Shown here: positions 1 to 12,645 of the stretch, piece after piece
Layout: the number at the start of each line of letters is the position of its first letter
Numbering within the stretch: position 1 is the first letter of the stretch
Position numbers and translations under genes: made by a program
DNA from: Octopus vulgaris
Taxonomy: Eukaryota
Direction: 5' to 3'
NCBI GenBank assembly: GCA_951406725.2
Contig: OX597822.1
Coordinates: 61,876,001-61,940,000, forward strand
Length of the DNA: 64,000 bases
The notes under the pieces: model-generated
The model's database searches: none
The model's input: the letters and a program-made list of their open reading frames with translations, nothing else
What the model was told of the DNA's origin: nothing

Positions 1-172
1 TATAAAAGAAAGTTTGAAAATGCAATTTTAAAGATATTTATTCACTTGACCGGTTTTTACGTACGCTTAAAATATTTTAGTCCAATATATGCAAACCTCA
101 TTAAAAAGTATGAATATTTATATTAAAGCAGATATTAGTACATGAAACATACCTATTATATACATATAAATA

Positions 173-545
173 TATGTCGACTGATCAATAAGTATCCGGA
201 CTGTTGCAATAGAAACGAAGCTAAGGCAAGTAGGATGAAGCTACTTGACACTAATTGACCTTAATCTCTGCTGTACATGCGTACTTAGTTTTAACATTTT
301 CTAGCTCACTTCTACTGTGTACAGCAGTGTTTGGAAGGAAGGTGTGTAGTGTGTGATCGCTGTATTGATCGCTGTATTGACAAGAGAAAGTTGAGCAGAG
401 AATCTGCATCAAATTTTGGCAAAAGCTTGGTGATATGGTAATACCTGCTCAGAGGCCTACGCAAAGTTTTCAATAGGTTTTCTGCGATGTTTTTCTCAGT
501 TCTGCTTGTTGCTGGTCTCCCAAAACGTTCGTCAATATCGACAAT
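173..545 (+). mobile_element. Degenerate mariner (Tc1/mariner) remnant: left TIR-like end, transposase N-terminus, and an inverted internal piece
   Basis: 384-434 (+) translates EKVEQRICIKFWQKLGD, like mariner N-terminal EQRxxIKFCxKLG. About 472-545 (-) translates IDERFGRPATSRTEKNIAE, like mariner DDERSGRPSTS. TA followed by a TIR-like ctgatcaataagtatccggac near 173-202. Confidence 0.65.
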
Positions 546-1682
546 ATAGATAACTGTCTGGATATGTGATGAAAAAAAAACAATTATGACCAATCATATT
601 TGTATTATTATTTACACTATTCCTATGTGTTGTCTGTATGTGTTTGATTGACCAGTGCTGCCACATCTGGGTTACAAAAAACAAATCACACATCTTTTGG
701 AAATTTTCAAAGGTGTGAATGGCATAGGACATCTTATTAACTGATCAACGTCCTACCTGCAATTCTTGTGCATATATATAATTCTATTTTAGGCTACTTT
801 CTAATTCAAGCCGTTGCTTTTGAAAACTTTATACTACATTTTATAAAACTGATCTTGTAACTCAGCGGTTATCAGCGAAATCTATTATCTGAAAAATTCG
901 CATCATTATTTTCTTTCTTCTATGTTTCTTCGTTACATACAAACATACGCACGTTCAGTTTTATACATTAGGATTATGACTGTAAACTTAGTATAGATGG
1001 AAATAGTTTTTCTATAGATAGGAATGTTCTTTTTCTATGGTTTCATAAAATTAAAATCATAAATAACTGCAACAATTATTTATAAATATCAAGGTCATAA
1101 GTTGAAAGTTATTACATTAATTTAGAAGATTCTTGCTTCTTTCATGGACAACTCGCTTTGTCTTAATATTCTATATTCAAACGCAATAGCTAGAAATGCA
1201 CACACAAAACAAACTCTGTTTCCTATGAGGTTCTTAAGGGATTAAAGCCGTATCGATTTTCTTAAAACATTTTTTCATATCGCTGTAAATATTTAATTAT
1301 TAAGTTCGCTTTTTAAACAATATATGCATTAGTTTTCGAAGGAGTAAGTTACAATTATTTCCTTTATTTATTACATGAGAGTTTTTGTGTTTATTTTTAA
1401 ATTTTCACTTTTATAAAGGAACTAGAAAGAAAATATTCTTTAGACAATTTTGAATAGGACTTCTGAATAGGATATCAATAAATTGTAAAAGAAAATGAGT
1501 ATGGTGTATGAAACATGACACTAAATACCAAACGTAAAAAACTCATCTTGAAAACATGAAGACAAGTAATCAAAGTAAAGTGAAAATGAAGGAACAAAGC
1601 CAATATTACAACTCAAACGGCAGCTGGAAGAGAAAGCGGCTAGTTAAGAAAGAGCAGCGTTCGCATGTAGCTAAGACATAGA

Positions 1683-1852
1683 TTGATTTCTTTATTGGCC
1701 ACGCAGGGCTGAATACAGAAGGGACAAAATACAAAGTAGAGCTTTTCTTTTTGAGAAAAGAAAGAAAAAAATAGAAGGGGGTCAATTTCCGATCAAAAGG
1801 GATCGTGAAAAAAAAAATAAAAGTGTGGCCGATCAATAGGGATCGTGTATCA
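1683..1852 (-). mobile_element. 3' tail fragment of a LINE or SINE
   Basis: Minus strand ends ttgtcccttctgtattcagccctgcgtggccaataaagaaat, matching the tails of the SINEs at about 15920-15965 and 16105-16146. Confidence 0.5.
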
Positions 1853-3337
1853 CATAGATTATTAATATAATTTATTTGCCTGGATTAGCTGGACATCTGT
1901 AGCGTATCTGCACTGTGCAGTGAAATATTGAAAGGAGTAACAATAGGCATGAGCTGTTCAAATGGAATAGTAAAATTAATGCCTTAATTGTTGAAAGGAA
2001 TTCCGGTACAATCATATGACTTGCTGGCCAAGGAAAGAATATTACAATTACTGTTGTTAATCAATTTCTTTTGAAGCTACTAAGAGTGAAAAAATACCAG
2101 GGAAATTTTATAATCGCGTAAGGTTACTTCTTCCACTTCCAGGCCTTAATTCTAAATTTTACTGATATATTTCATGATAAGACTAGTCAATGCTTTAACG
2201 ACATTCTTTATGTTATAGAAGTTTTCATTAGTAATCCAGAATTCTCAAATCATCCCAATTTATATGTAATCACCTTTAAAACTGCAGAAGAAAATATGAA
2301 TATAAATATAAAGAATCTACCATGAAAATTTTGATCTATGAAAATAAAGTGTCCCCTAGATTACATAAACCGTGCTTTACTCTCCCTGTTTCTAATGACG
2401 TGACAATTCTAAATGTTCTGTAGAAGAAACATAATTCTGCCGCAACACAACTAATTTCTCATCAGGACTTTAAAACACACTGTTCCATTGATCCAATGCT
2501 ATATTCTCCAGTATTTTCGAAAGGACAAGATAGATGCAAATTTAGTTTCGATAGATTTGTTGAGGAGAAAATGCAACTCTTGATTCAATTGATTCATATG
2601 CTAAACGTTTAGTAGTGGTAACCGAATCTATACTGTTTCATTGCTTTGACCAATTCACCAGTCAATTCATAATGGAGTATGCAAAAATTGAGTCTGAATA
2701 AGTCTAAGAGTAGAAAGTTATATTCATCTTAGAGATGCTTTGAATAAAACATTACTTACTGTTCTCAGGAGGGTTACCTTATTTACACACTGAAAGGATG
2801 AAAGTCAACGTTGACCTCAGTAGCATTTTAACAGAGTGCAAGGAACCAAAGCATTGCATGCTCTCAAGCACTGCAACGGACGATAGAAAAAGTTACTGAT
2901 TGAGAAAGATCAGAGTAATACACATTTACAGTAATTATGTAATTACTGTACGGTTTTTAAAGAGCATTTTTTATAATTACGATTTTAGAGTAATTTTATA
3001 ATTACTTTTAATTATGTTAATCAATACATTGATTTTAAGAAATATTTTTAAATAATTACACATTTAGAGTAATTATGTAAATGAGTACGTCATTTTTTTC
3101 CAAAGAACAAAAAGCCTTTAAAAAAATGTAAGAATAATCTTTTTTTACTCCTAAAAGCGTTTTTAGGCGCTCAGCTTGACTCTCTTCTGAATTGCTAGGC
3201 AGCTAACATTTTGAATGAATCAACATTCTCGAATCAAGTGAACGTTTCCAGTACCTTTTTAAAGCAATTTATTGAAACTTTAATGAATCTGTGAAGTTGT
3301 TTATGTTTTAATCTCACAAACAATATTTTTTTTATTA

Positions 3338-4700
3338 ACAATTGCCAGCAAAACCTTAACAAGAATAATTCTACTTCGCCTGATTCACCATCTTACCACG
3401 AGCAATTTCCTGCAGGAAATCCAGTGTGCCTTCCGTTGTGAGAGGGGTACTACTGATGTGATCTTTGCTGTAACACATATCAAGAACTGTATAAAGTGGA
3501 ATCAAACCCTCTATATAACCTTTGCTGAATTTAAAATGTTTTGTAGAGGATTATAAATAATCATTGTCAAATATAATTGTCCTCCCGTGCTTGTGCATAG
3601 GGTGTGCCAATTTCATAATTGTTTATGGACAAATGTATGGTACCATTAGATATATCTGTGACATTTTCTGCCACGTGTGGTGTTGTGTGAAATAGAGTTG
3701 TGTTTTAGCATCTATCGTTTCGTTTTCAGTATCAGCCTTTTCTGCCATGTTGCAAGAGGCATTCGCATTACCTTCATTTAGAATTAACATTTGGTACATT
3801 AGTTAATGACAAATTGTTCAATCTTCGCAGATTGCAAGCAAAACCAAAGTGAATCATTAATCTGTCTGTGGACTATTATTTGCAAATGATTGTGAATTGC
3901 TTGTACGAGATGAATTCCATCATGCAAACATGTGTCGCACAATTCTCAGAGACCTGAAACAACTTTGGTCTCACTATGAGGTCTGCAAAAGCAAATTTGC
4001 ATCAATTTTGATAATATTTAATATCTTGAAGTATACTATCAGTAAGTTTCTGCATTGATACTGGTGTCCCAACGTATTGGTATACAGCATGTGATAGCTG
4101 AATTCAAAATTGAAATTGACAATGCTCCCATTTTCTGTCTACGGCGCTGAAGTTCGGAATAAATTCCTACGACAAAGTTTCTAAGGTACGCCAATGAACC
4201 TAGTTTGTTTACAAATCTCAAGCAAATCCAGCTTCTTTTATTAAGAATGTTGTCAGAATGCAATCTTCTATTCTGATCCGGCAAAGAATGGGCAGAATAT
4301 TGCGGCACACAGTTAAAGATTCACAGATGCATTGGATGCAACCATAAAGTACTGCAAGATCAAAGGAAGCACTGCAAGATCAACTCAAACTCGCGGGAGA
4401 TCTTGTTTGCGACTGGTCTGCATGAAACGAGGCTTGTAGAGGAGTCGCCGAAGCATTCTAATCTTTATGAATCTCTGTAACAAAAACCAAAATAGACGCT
4501 CGCAAATCACATCACCCCTTAACAATCTTGGCACGAGTAAGCATTAGTGTGTGGTCAGTGACAAATATTTCTCTAGCAGAACTGACATTTGCTGTCACAG
4601 TACAACACATATATGAGCAATATTATTTTCTTCTTTGCTTTCTCACTGTATTTGTTTTGCAGCTGCAGATCGTCAGCAAATTTGACGGGAGAACTATAAT
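3338..4700 (+). pseudogene. Degenerate RTE-clade LINE, reverse transcriptase to 3' end
   Basis: From 3341: IASKTLTRIILLRL..LQEIQCAFRCERGTTDVIFA (RTE consensus-like ESQCGFRxxRGTxDMIF). LLFAND at about 3873-3890 (LLFADD). Terminal stem-loop cgtca-gcaaatt-tgacg at about 4671-4687. Many stops and frameshifts. Confidence 0.8.
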
Positions 4701-5202
4701 GTTTTGTAAGTATACATAAATCCAACTCGTAATTTGTAAAACTAATACAAAACCAGACGTTTATACTTTCTACTTTTTTTTTTTGTTTATATTCACAGTT
4801 CTAATTAGCAGCAGCATTTTATACATATGCATTACCTTATCAAATAAAAGTTACCAATACCTATGAATAAATTATGAATTAACTTATATGTTTTTGCGCA
4901 GAACATAAACTATTTCCAAATTAAGAACTGAAGTTCAAAGAAACGTCTGATATCTACAAACAAAAGAAAGAAAGAAATTAATGCAACATTTGGATTTGAT
5001 AAAGCACTGTTTTACTTATCGCCAGAAAATACCAGTCTTTGTCACCAACCATTTGATAACTTAAAATTGCTGAGCTTCAAGTATAATTTACTTGCAGTAA
5101 CACGTGATTTCACTGCTCAAATTAAATTCTCTTATAAGTAAATATGTATGTATATGCACATATCTATCAATCAATCTATCTATCCATCTGTCTGCCTGTC
5201 TG

Positions 5203-5256
<54 letters not shown>

Positions 5257-5362
5257 ATATATATACCACAAGGCTATAGGCGCAGCCATGGCTATAGGCA
5301 CGAGCATGGCTTATTGACGCAGCATGGCTGTGTTGTTTAGAGTCCTGTATATATATATATAT

Positions 5363-6192
5363 ATCACAATCAAGGAATGGCCATAATAGGCCATTCACCC
5401 ACTAGAAATAACAGCCAAAGCTTCAACCGCAAAATAACATTAATTCCGCAAACCAGGAGAAAATTAAAAAAACATTTACCCTGTAATTTCTTATACGATG
5501 CACCGTTTCATCTATTGTTTAATGGTAAACTAACCTGATTAAATTAAATCAAGCCAGTCTTCCATAGGCCGATAGATTCGTCAGTAAGAAACAGCCAGAT
5601 CCGAGCAGATATTATCACGAGGCACCTCTATCCCTGCCTCGGCAATATCTGACCTAAAATTTTCAAATCATCGCACTCGCGCCAAATTTATCGGCAGCAA
5701 ATATAAGCCGCCGATTCCATTACGGAATTAACCAGAAAATTCATAATTAATCAATATAGGGTGGCAAAAAATTTCGTAGAATTTATTTGCCACCAGCGGC
5801 CTAGTGGGAAAAAATTAAATAGTCATAGACCATTTATGAGTTCAACATCACAATCAAGGAATGGCCATAATAGGCCATTCACCCACTAGAAATAACAGCC
5901 AAAGCTTCAACCGCAAAATAACATTAATTCCGCAAACCAGGAGAAAATTAAAAAAAAAACATTTACCCTGTAATTTCTTATACGATGCACCGTTTCATCT
6001 ATTGTTTAATGGTAAACTAACCTGATTAAATTAAATCAAGCCAATCTTCCATAGGCCGATAGATTCGTCAGTAAGAAACAGCCAGATCCGAGCAGATATT
6101 ATCACGAGGCACCTCTATCCCTGCCTCGGCAATATCTGACCTAAAATTTTCAAATCATCGCACTCGCGCCAAATTTATCGGCAGCAAATATA
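5363..6192. repeat. Direct repeat of about 340 bp (5363-5704 and 5847-6192) with a 140-bp spacer
   Basis: Both copies run atcacaatcaaggaatggcc...atcggcagcaaatata. They differ by a poly-A length and one visible substitution. Confidence 0.95.
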
Positions 6193-6221
6193 TATATATA
6201 TATATACATATTCGTCATGAT

Positions 6222-6407
6222 AGATCGCTAGCCACTACACATTCCATATTTTCTCTCCTTGTTTTTTTCTGTGTTCCTTTCTGTGGAAGAGTGTAGGCTC
6301 GAAACTTTAAAGACTTTTTCCCTTCCCGACCGTCATACTAATACATCTGTTTGTTGTCTACACCACCTGTCTTCGTCTTTTGGTTTTTTTTTGAGAATTC
6401 TCCCTAT

Positions 6408-6410
<3 letters not shown>
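6222..6410 (+). mobile_element. Penelope pseudo-LTR-like short repeat with a decayed hammerhead motif
   Basis: ctgtggaa-gagt-gtag-gctc-gaaac-ttta at about 6281-6309. Same family as 62395-62556. Lies between (TA)n tracts. Confidence 0.5.
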
Positions 6411-6458
<48 letters not shown>

Positions 6459-6481
6459 CATACATACATACATATACATAC

Positions 6482-6516
<35 letters not shown>

Positions 6517-6602
6517 CATACATATATATATATGCATACATATATATACATATATATGTATATATATATACATGTATATATAAATATATATATATATGTG
6601 TA

Positions 6603-6993
6603 TTTTTACTATAGATAAATGAAAGAATGGAGTCGAACGACGATTTAACCAAATTCCTTTATTCTCGACACATCGAAGACTGCATATTCTTAATTCCGAA
6701 GGAATAAAGGGTGCATTATGCCGTCTTCTCATCAGGAAAGACAAGGAACTCATGTCAGCATCATGACGAACAAAAACTTTTAGATGACTGCTCCGTGTGG
6801 GCAGTCATCTAAAAGTTTTTGTTCGTCATGATGCTGACATGAGTTCCTTGTCTTTCCTGATGAGAAGACGGCATAATGCACCCTTTATTCCTTCGGAATT
6901 AAGAATATACAGTCTTCGAAACATGTGTCGAGAATAAAGGAATTTGATTAAATCGTCGTTCGACTCCATTCTTTCATTCATCTATAGTAAAAA
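6603..6993. repeat. Long inverted repeat (arms about 190 bp, 9-nt loop 6792-6800); second copy 20763-21153
   Basis: The left arm tttttactatag...gatgactgc is the reverse complement of gcagtcatc...ctatagtaaaaa, with a few mismatches and a 4-nt deletion in the left arm. Confidence 0.97.
6841..6945 (+). ncRNA. Type I hammerhead ribozyme with intact core
   Basis: CUGAUGA at 6857-6863. Stem II gaagac/gtcttc. GAAAC 6918-6922, loop AUGU, GUC triplet 6927-6929. Stem I gagttcctt..tttc / gaga..aaggaattt with a 3x3 internal loop. Confidence 0.8.
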
Positions 6994-7159
6994 AACACAC
7001 AAATTTCCACACGAAAGCACGTGATTTCTGCCCTTGGCATGTAGCTTCAACCGTGCTTTCTGACGTAAATTTGCTACCCGGGTATCGGTTAACCGAATTA
7101 TCCATACTAGGATAATTCATTCAACTACTTAAACATATATATGTGTGTATATATATATC

Positions 7160-7223
<64 letters not shown>

Positions 7224-7479
7224 GAGCGGACATGGCATGCATGCGTGCTCAAACACACTCAATCACGCGCACATACACATAGATACACATGCACACATAC
7301 ACTCGCTCACACATGCGTATTCATTCATATGTATATTGCGTGCGCGCACGTCTCTGTGTATGCTTGTGCGTATCTTTATTAAGTTGTCAGGTGTGTGTTG
7401 AATGCAGTACACGAATAACTCTTGATTTATTAACATTTCCTTTGTAGACTGACGTAAACATCTGTTATGTTCCTGAAGT

Positions 7480-7935
7480 GCATCAGCTGCAGAGGCATAC
7501 GGACTCTCATTTAGAAAAACCCAACTGCTCTCTACTTCATCAAGATTGGAAGCTGGTTCGTTTAATCATTCAGAGATGCCTTCATAAAAGTCATTTTGAA
7601 AATGCTGTTGATTTTATGTTCTCCATACTCAAATTTCATAGTGATAGTCTTCATTTAAGGCGACTCTTACTTCTAAATTTTCAAATTTAGTAATAATGGG
7701 TGCATGATGAGGTCTGCATTCATCTATATACTTGGATCATGTTATTCGTGCGTCACTGCGTTCGTATCTTCTCACTGTTATGTAATCCAAATGATGCCAG
7801 GTTTACAATCAATGATGCATCCAAGAGGTTCTGCACCATATTAGAAGGGAAAACTTAGCATTATAAAGAGACTGTGCTCTGCATAAACGCTTTAAACGCT
7901 TAAAACGCTAAGGTCATTGCAACTCCAACAGCTCA
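7480..7935 (-). pseudogene. RTE LINE apurinic endonuclease (APE) fragment; duplicate at about 21645-22098
   Basis: Minus strand translates TSWMHH*L*TWHHLDYITVRRYERSDARIT...ECRPHHAPIITKF, matching the RTE APE motif TSWMHPRSKHWHLIDYIxVR...ECxTDH. Confidence 0.75.
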
Positions 7936-8006
7936 TCTCCCAAATGAAAACCAATGAGACTATTACGTATAATTGTGTGTGTGTATGTAGATACACATTG
8001 GTATAT

Positions 8007-8039
<33 letters not shown>

Positions 8040-8299
8040 CATACATACATACATACATGACACATGTATATGTGCATATTGTACTTTTTTAATATACATG
8101 CATATATAATATACAATGTATGTATGTCATTGTTCAGTTTATTTCAAGATTTCTTACCGATAGAGAAAGTAACGGTTTCTAACCTAAATCCAAGATTACT
8201 TCATTGGAATTTCAACATCAACAACAGGGTGTATGTGTATTTATGTATGTAAATATTTGTATATTTTATGTATGTATTCTCATGCATATAGTTGCATAC

Positions 8300-8600
8300 C
8301 TAGACATGCTCATATATAATTACAGGTATAGACCTGACCTTGTAATCTGGATCTAGTAACTGCAGATTTCTCAATAGTTCAGCATAGGTGTTCCCTTTTT
8401 CGCTGACCTTCAGCTTTATGCTAACATCCTCAACTGTGCACAGTTTCTCTTCTCTATCCCACATGATTATATCAAATCTGTTGTGCGTACATTTCATTGA
8501 GGCCTTCACTGATACATTCCACCAGTATTCCTTTTTATTATGAGTACCTATGATTTCTATCATATTGTGGATTCTTATATTTTTGTCCTTGGAATTATCC
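8300..8600 (-). pseudogene. Restriction-like endonuclease end of an R2/R4-group non-LTR retrotransposon; duplicate 22463-22765
   Basis: ORF EYWWNVSVK..CTHNRFDIIMWDREEKLCTVEDVS..EKGNTYAEL..IPVII resembles the RPDIV..D..K..Y..IPVIVG RLE pattern. Confidence 0.7.
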
Positions 8601-8603
8601 TTG

Positions 8604-8878
8604 CCAGTTTAGCCAATAAAACCACACGCACTATATATTTGGTGTTAATTTGCTTCAGCTTTATTTACTTTTTACATTAATCTTAATCTTAAAGTTTTTT
8701 CGTTACACTTCTGTTACCACATCAGAGGTCCTTTGCTTTCTTATTTCTTATTGGTGTATCTCTCCTTACTAACGGTCAGCCATTTTGTATTTTGTATTCC
8801 TATTGTATGTGACTTTATTAAGCTGAAGCAAATTAACACCAAATATATAGTGCGTGTGTTTTTATTGGTTAAACTGGT
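8604..8878. repeat. Inverted repeat with about 60-bp arms enclosing a decayed minus-strand hammerhead-like motif (8687-8727)
   Basis: ccagtttagccaataaaaccacacgcactatatatttggtgttaatttgcttcagctt versus its complement at about 8820-8878. The minus strand inside reads ctgatgt-ggtaac..gtaac-gaaa. Confidence 0.8.
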
Positions 8879-9239
8879 AACATGATCATTCCTAAATACA
8901 ACAACAATAACAACAACAACACACACACACATATACATGCATATATATATATATAGGTTATGAGAGGTAATGGTGTCAGTAAGGCCCAAAGGTGTCAGGT
9001 AATGCTGAGTAAGTGCTATGAACAGACTATAGTTAAGCTCCAGGTTTGGTGATTATGCTATGACGTAGGTCATATATCAGCATGTGTCTATATAAAAAAA
9101 AATTCCAGAATGAGATAAAAATACAGGGTTGCGAAAGATTTTAGAACATTTATAAATAGAAGGTCTTACAGCTGTTTCCAAGATATTTTTATATATCCCT
9201 TAATCGGAGACGGTGTTGAGTTGTCAAAAGGCCCCCCCC

Positions 9240-9596
9240 ACGTCCAATGGACGGTGCTGAGTTGTCAAACATTTAAACCAAATTTTCTCAAAACAACTTG
9301 TCCGACCATCCCATAGGCCTCCCCTTTGAGAAACACTGATTTAACCTAAATTTGAGACACCAGCAAAAGAAGAAATAAAGATAGACTTTTTTTCTATTCC
9401 AAAGAAAAACGATTTCCCACGGATTTATCGATCGCATTTTCACCTGGAATCGATTTTTGTAAGTTTTTCAAGACTTATACACGCCCTGATACCGTCGATA
9501 TCTACATATCAAATTTGAGCGCAATCGGATGGAGGATGCTCGAGATCCTAGAAGCCACACATACAGACAGACAGAACGGATTTTATATAAGAGATA
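9240..9596 (-). mobile_element. Non-autonomous Helitron-like element, 5' part; duplicate about 23407-23765
   Basis: Inverted homologue of 52254-52660. Begins a|TCtcttatataaaatccgttctgtctgtctg, a Helitron-type 5' TC end followed by a microsatellite. Confidence 0.65.
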
Positions 9597-9849
9597 TAAA
9601 GTTACGCACACACACAAATGTTGTCTTATCTGTACTCATGAATGGTTAAGAATCAACGATTACATTTATATATATATATATACGTGTACATAACGCAACA
9701 TGATATAATATAATGTAATATAATATAATATAATATAATATAATATATTATAAAAACGTATAATACATTTTTATGAAGTCAACAGATGTGTGTTTAACGA
9801 CATATGTAATAAATTCCTAGTGTATTAAACTTTCTCTCTCAGAGAGACA

Positions 9850-10420
9850 TAAGGTCATCCATAATTAGACTGAATTTGCATTTTTTCTTTTACATCTAAA
9901 CTAGTGACCATGCAGTGATACCAGTGAAGCCACTATTTCATTTGCCAACTGTTAGAAATTCTAATTCTAATTCTGAAATAATTAAATCAATTTTCATATT
10001 CTCTAACGCATTCTCTTCAAGGGACAATGAAGAAGCTTCCATGTGGACACAGAACATGCTAGAATTGACAGCCAAAATCTTTGTGGAATCGTGACTTACT
10101 GCCTTAAAGTAAAGGTTCCTTGAAGAATGTAATCTAAGATAAACCATTCCTGAAGCAAGGCTGAGTAGTTATGAATGCATGAGAAGCCAATGATTGCTCT
10201 GCTCAAATACAGCTGACTAACATCATTTTCTTCAAAATTAGAAACATTTAAGCTTAATATCTGATTTACTTCTAGTTTTCTTATGTTGATATCACTTCTG
10301 ATTTCTTTATACTAGCGCAGCAAGCTATCCAATTTACAGACAAATGTGTCGGATGTAACAAGTTCTTTTCCTTTCCAGTTTTGTAGAATTGCGTTTAAAA
10401 ATGTCTCTCTTTCAGATATT
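9850..10420 (-). pseudogene. Possible highly decayed LINE reverse transcriptase (CR1/L2-like)
   Basis: Weak, ordered resemblance to the RT motifs QHGF, LDFxKAFDxVSH (seen as NLYFKAVSH) and SGVPQG. Heavily mutated. Confidence 0.3.
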
Positions 10421-11112
10421 TATTTAGAAAAGGAATTTATATTCTGTTGGAAGATACTCTACCTCACACTTCAATCAATAATGATAAATCTCCTGTATTC
10501 TTTGATTTATTGAATTATTCTGGGCACCATCATATCGATTAGTCTTATTGAAAAAAGGTCCCCGATACCTCAATAATAGTGACCCAGCATGGCCACAGCC
10601 TCTGGCTGAAACATAATGAAATAGATAGTAGAATTATAAAATCATTCTCTTTTGAAATCTACATGCATTTTGTTTACGCAGTGGAATTTGCCTCGTGGTT
10701 TAGAAAATTCTTCCAGATACCATAGAAGTAGTAATTTTAACGGACAATTACGAAATATATACTTTCGTTCCAACAATTCATTTGATCCCATTTGTGTTCT
10801 CCTAATTTAAACAACACCTTTCGTTAGTAAGTGGCATCAACGAAGCAAAAACAAAAAAGTTCTCGGATTTACTGGAATCGAATTGTAATCACATTATTTT
10901 GATAACTGTGAATTGCAAATTCTATTTCTTTTTAGCTCCTGATAGAAAGCTTTGAATATAGATTCACTCAGAAGCACTGCAATAGACATTGGTAAAAGTT
11001 ATTCACAAGAAGAAACACAGAAATTTGAAGAAAAACGTATTTTCCCATGTTTACACACATACATATTGACACACTCATAAGTGTGTGTGTGTGTGTATGT
11101 GAGTATATAAAT

Positions 11113-11180
<68 letters not shown>

Positions 11181-11381
11181 AGAAAATGGAGAAATACATC
11201 CAAATCAATTATCAACTACCAGATAATACCTAATCACATAATTTATTAAACCACTACATATGAACATTAAGATGAAACATAATAATATAGAACAAAACAG
11301 TGTACATGAAGGAGTAATATGATACAATAAATAAAATATGTATAATAGAATATAAATAAAATAAATATAAATATAAACAAC

Positions 11382-11507
11382 ATCTTACACCTGTTTCGGC
11401 CATGCAGATATGGGTGTCTCATTTTGCTCATATTATCCATGTGTGATAGGTTAATATGTAGTTATAAATGAGACACTTGCAAAATATCCCAAGGCCTCTT
11501 CGGAGAT
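11382..11507 (-). ncRNA. Hammerhead-like ribozyme, U4C core variant with long stem II; duplicate 25553-25678
   Basis: Minus strand: atct-CCGAAGA-ggcc...ggcc-GAAAC-aggt-GUA-agat. Stem I atct/agat, stem II GGCC/GGCC, and an internal gtgtctcattt/aaatgagacac pairing. Confidence 0.6.
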
Positions 11508-12527
11508 TATGAAATACAAACTAAATTAAATATACACCCATATAAGTGTGGGTACATACCCATAATATATCATATACACATACATATGAGTGCATATACT
11601 CATACTCCTATATATATATACATATACATAATAATATAAATCAATATACATATGTCCCATATTCAATGTTACAATTTTTCAACTTAATATTATATTACAA
11701 TGTAGCAAACATACACATATTAATACTCAAATGCAGATATACAAAGTCAAGAGTACATTAAATTATATTAATTTACAAAATGTCATTAATATTAATATCA
11801 TTACTATTATCATTACCACTATTGCTACGAATTCATTATTGTTATTAATAATAACACTAATACTAGCAAAACAATATATGGATTACACTGTTAGCAACAT
11901 AATAGCAAAAACAAGAACAACAATAGTACTACAGTACCATGCAAAGCATTAAATATCTACATATAAAATGAAAAGTAAAAGCATTTTGGTTTACATGATA
12001 TTAAGTTCCACAGGTGTATAAATGTACATGCGATTGCAGTCTATAATTTCAACTGTGACACAAATACAGTATTACGTTCAGAAATAGTTAAGAATCGAAC
12101 GCTAAAATATGATTGGCCTGTACATTTAAATTTCAATTTCAATTGTCTTCGTTACGGTTGGTTTGTTAAGAAACACCCACATACGCACACTTGCAAACGT
12201 GCGCCCACACACACATACACAGACAAACCACAACATAAGAGATACCAGCCCCCGCCCCCCACACATGCTTACATACAAATCTACTCACATATATCCATAA
12301 AAATGCATACATGCAAGCACACAGACATGTATACCCAGTCTATTTACGTTATTATCACAAGATACATAATTAAAGTAACACCGTATATTTCGTAAACAAT
12401 TTAACGTGCTACTGAATCTTCCATATAGTCACAATTTCGACTGTGTTCCCATTCAAACGTTCACTAATAACCAGCTCAGGCATGGGAAAACTATATCAAC
12501 ATATATACATGCACACACACCCGCACA

Positions 12528-12594
<67 letters not shown>

Positions 12595-12607
12595 GTATGT
12601 ATGTATG

Positions 12608-12645
12608 TTGTCTGATGAACGGCAACGAGAAACTCAGAGTAACAG
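12608..12645 (+). ncRNA. Minimal type I hammerhead ribozyme; duplicate 26777-26814
   Basis: ttgt-CUGAUGA-a-cg-GCAA-cg-a-GAAAC-tcaga-GUA-acag. GNRA-capped 2-bp stem II, near-palindromic stem III actc-a-gagt. Part of a 90-bp insert between two (TA)n tracts. Confidence 0.65.

Noticed and set aside
6259-6753. Many ORFs rich in YI, CV, HT or MYVC repeats here and across the window
   Set aside because: They are translations of (TA)n, (TG)n, (TATG)n and (TAGA)n microsatellites that simply lack stop codons.
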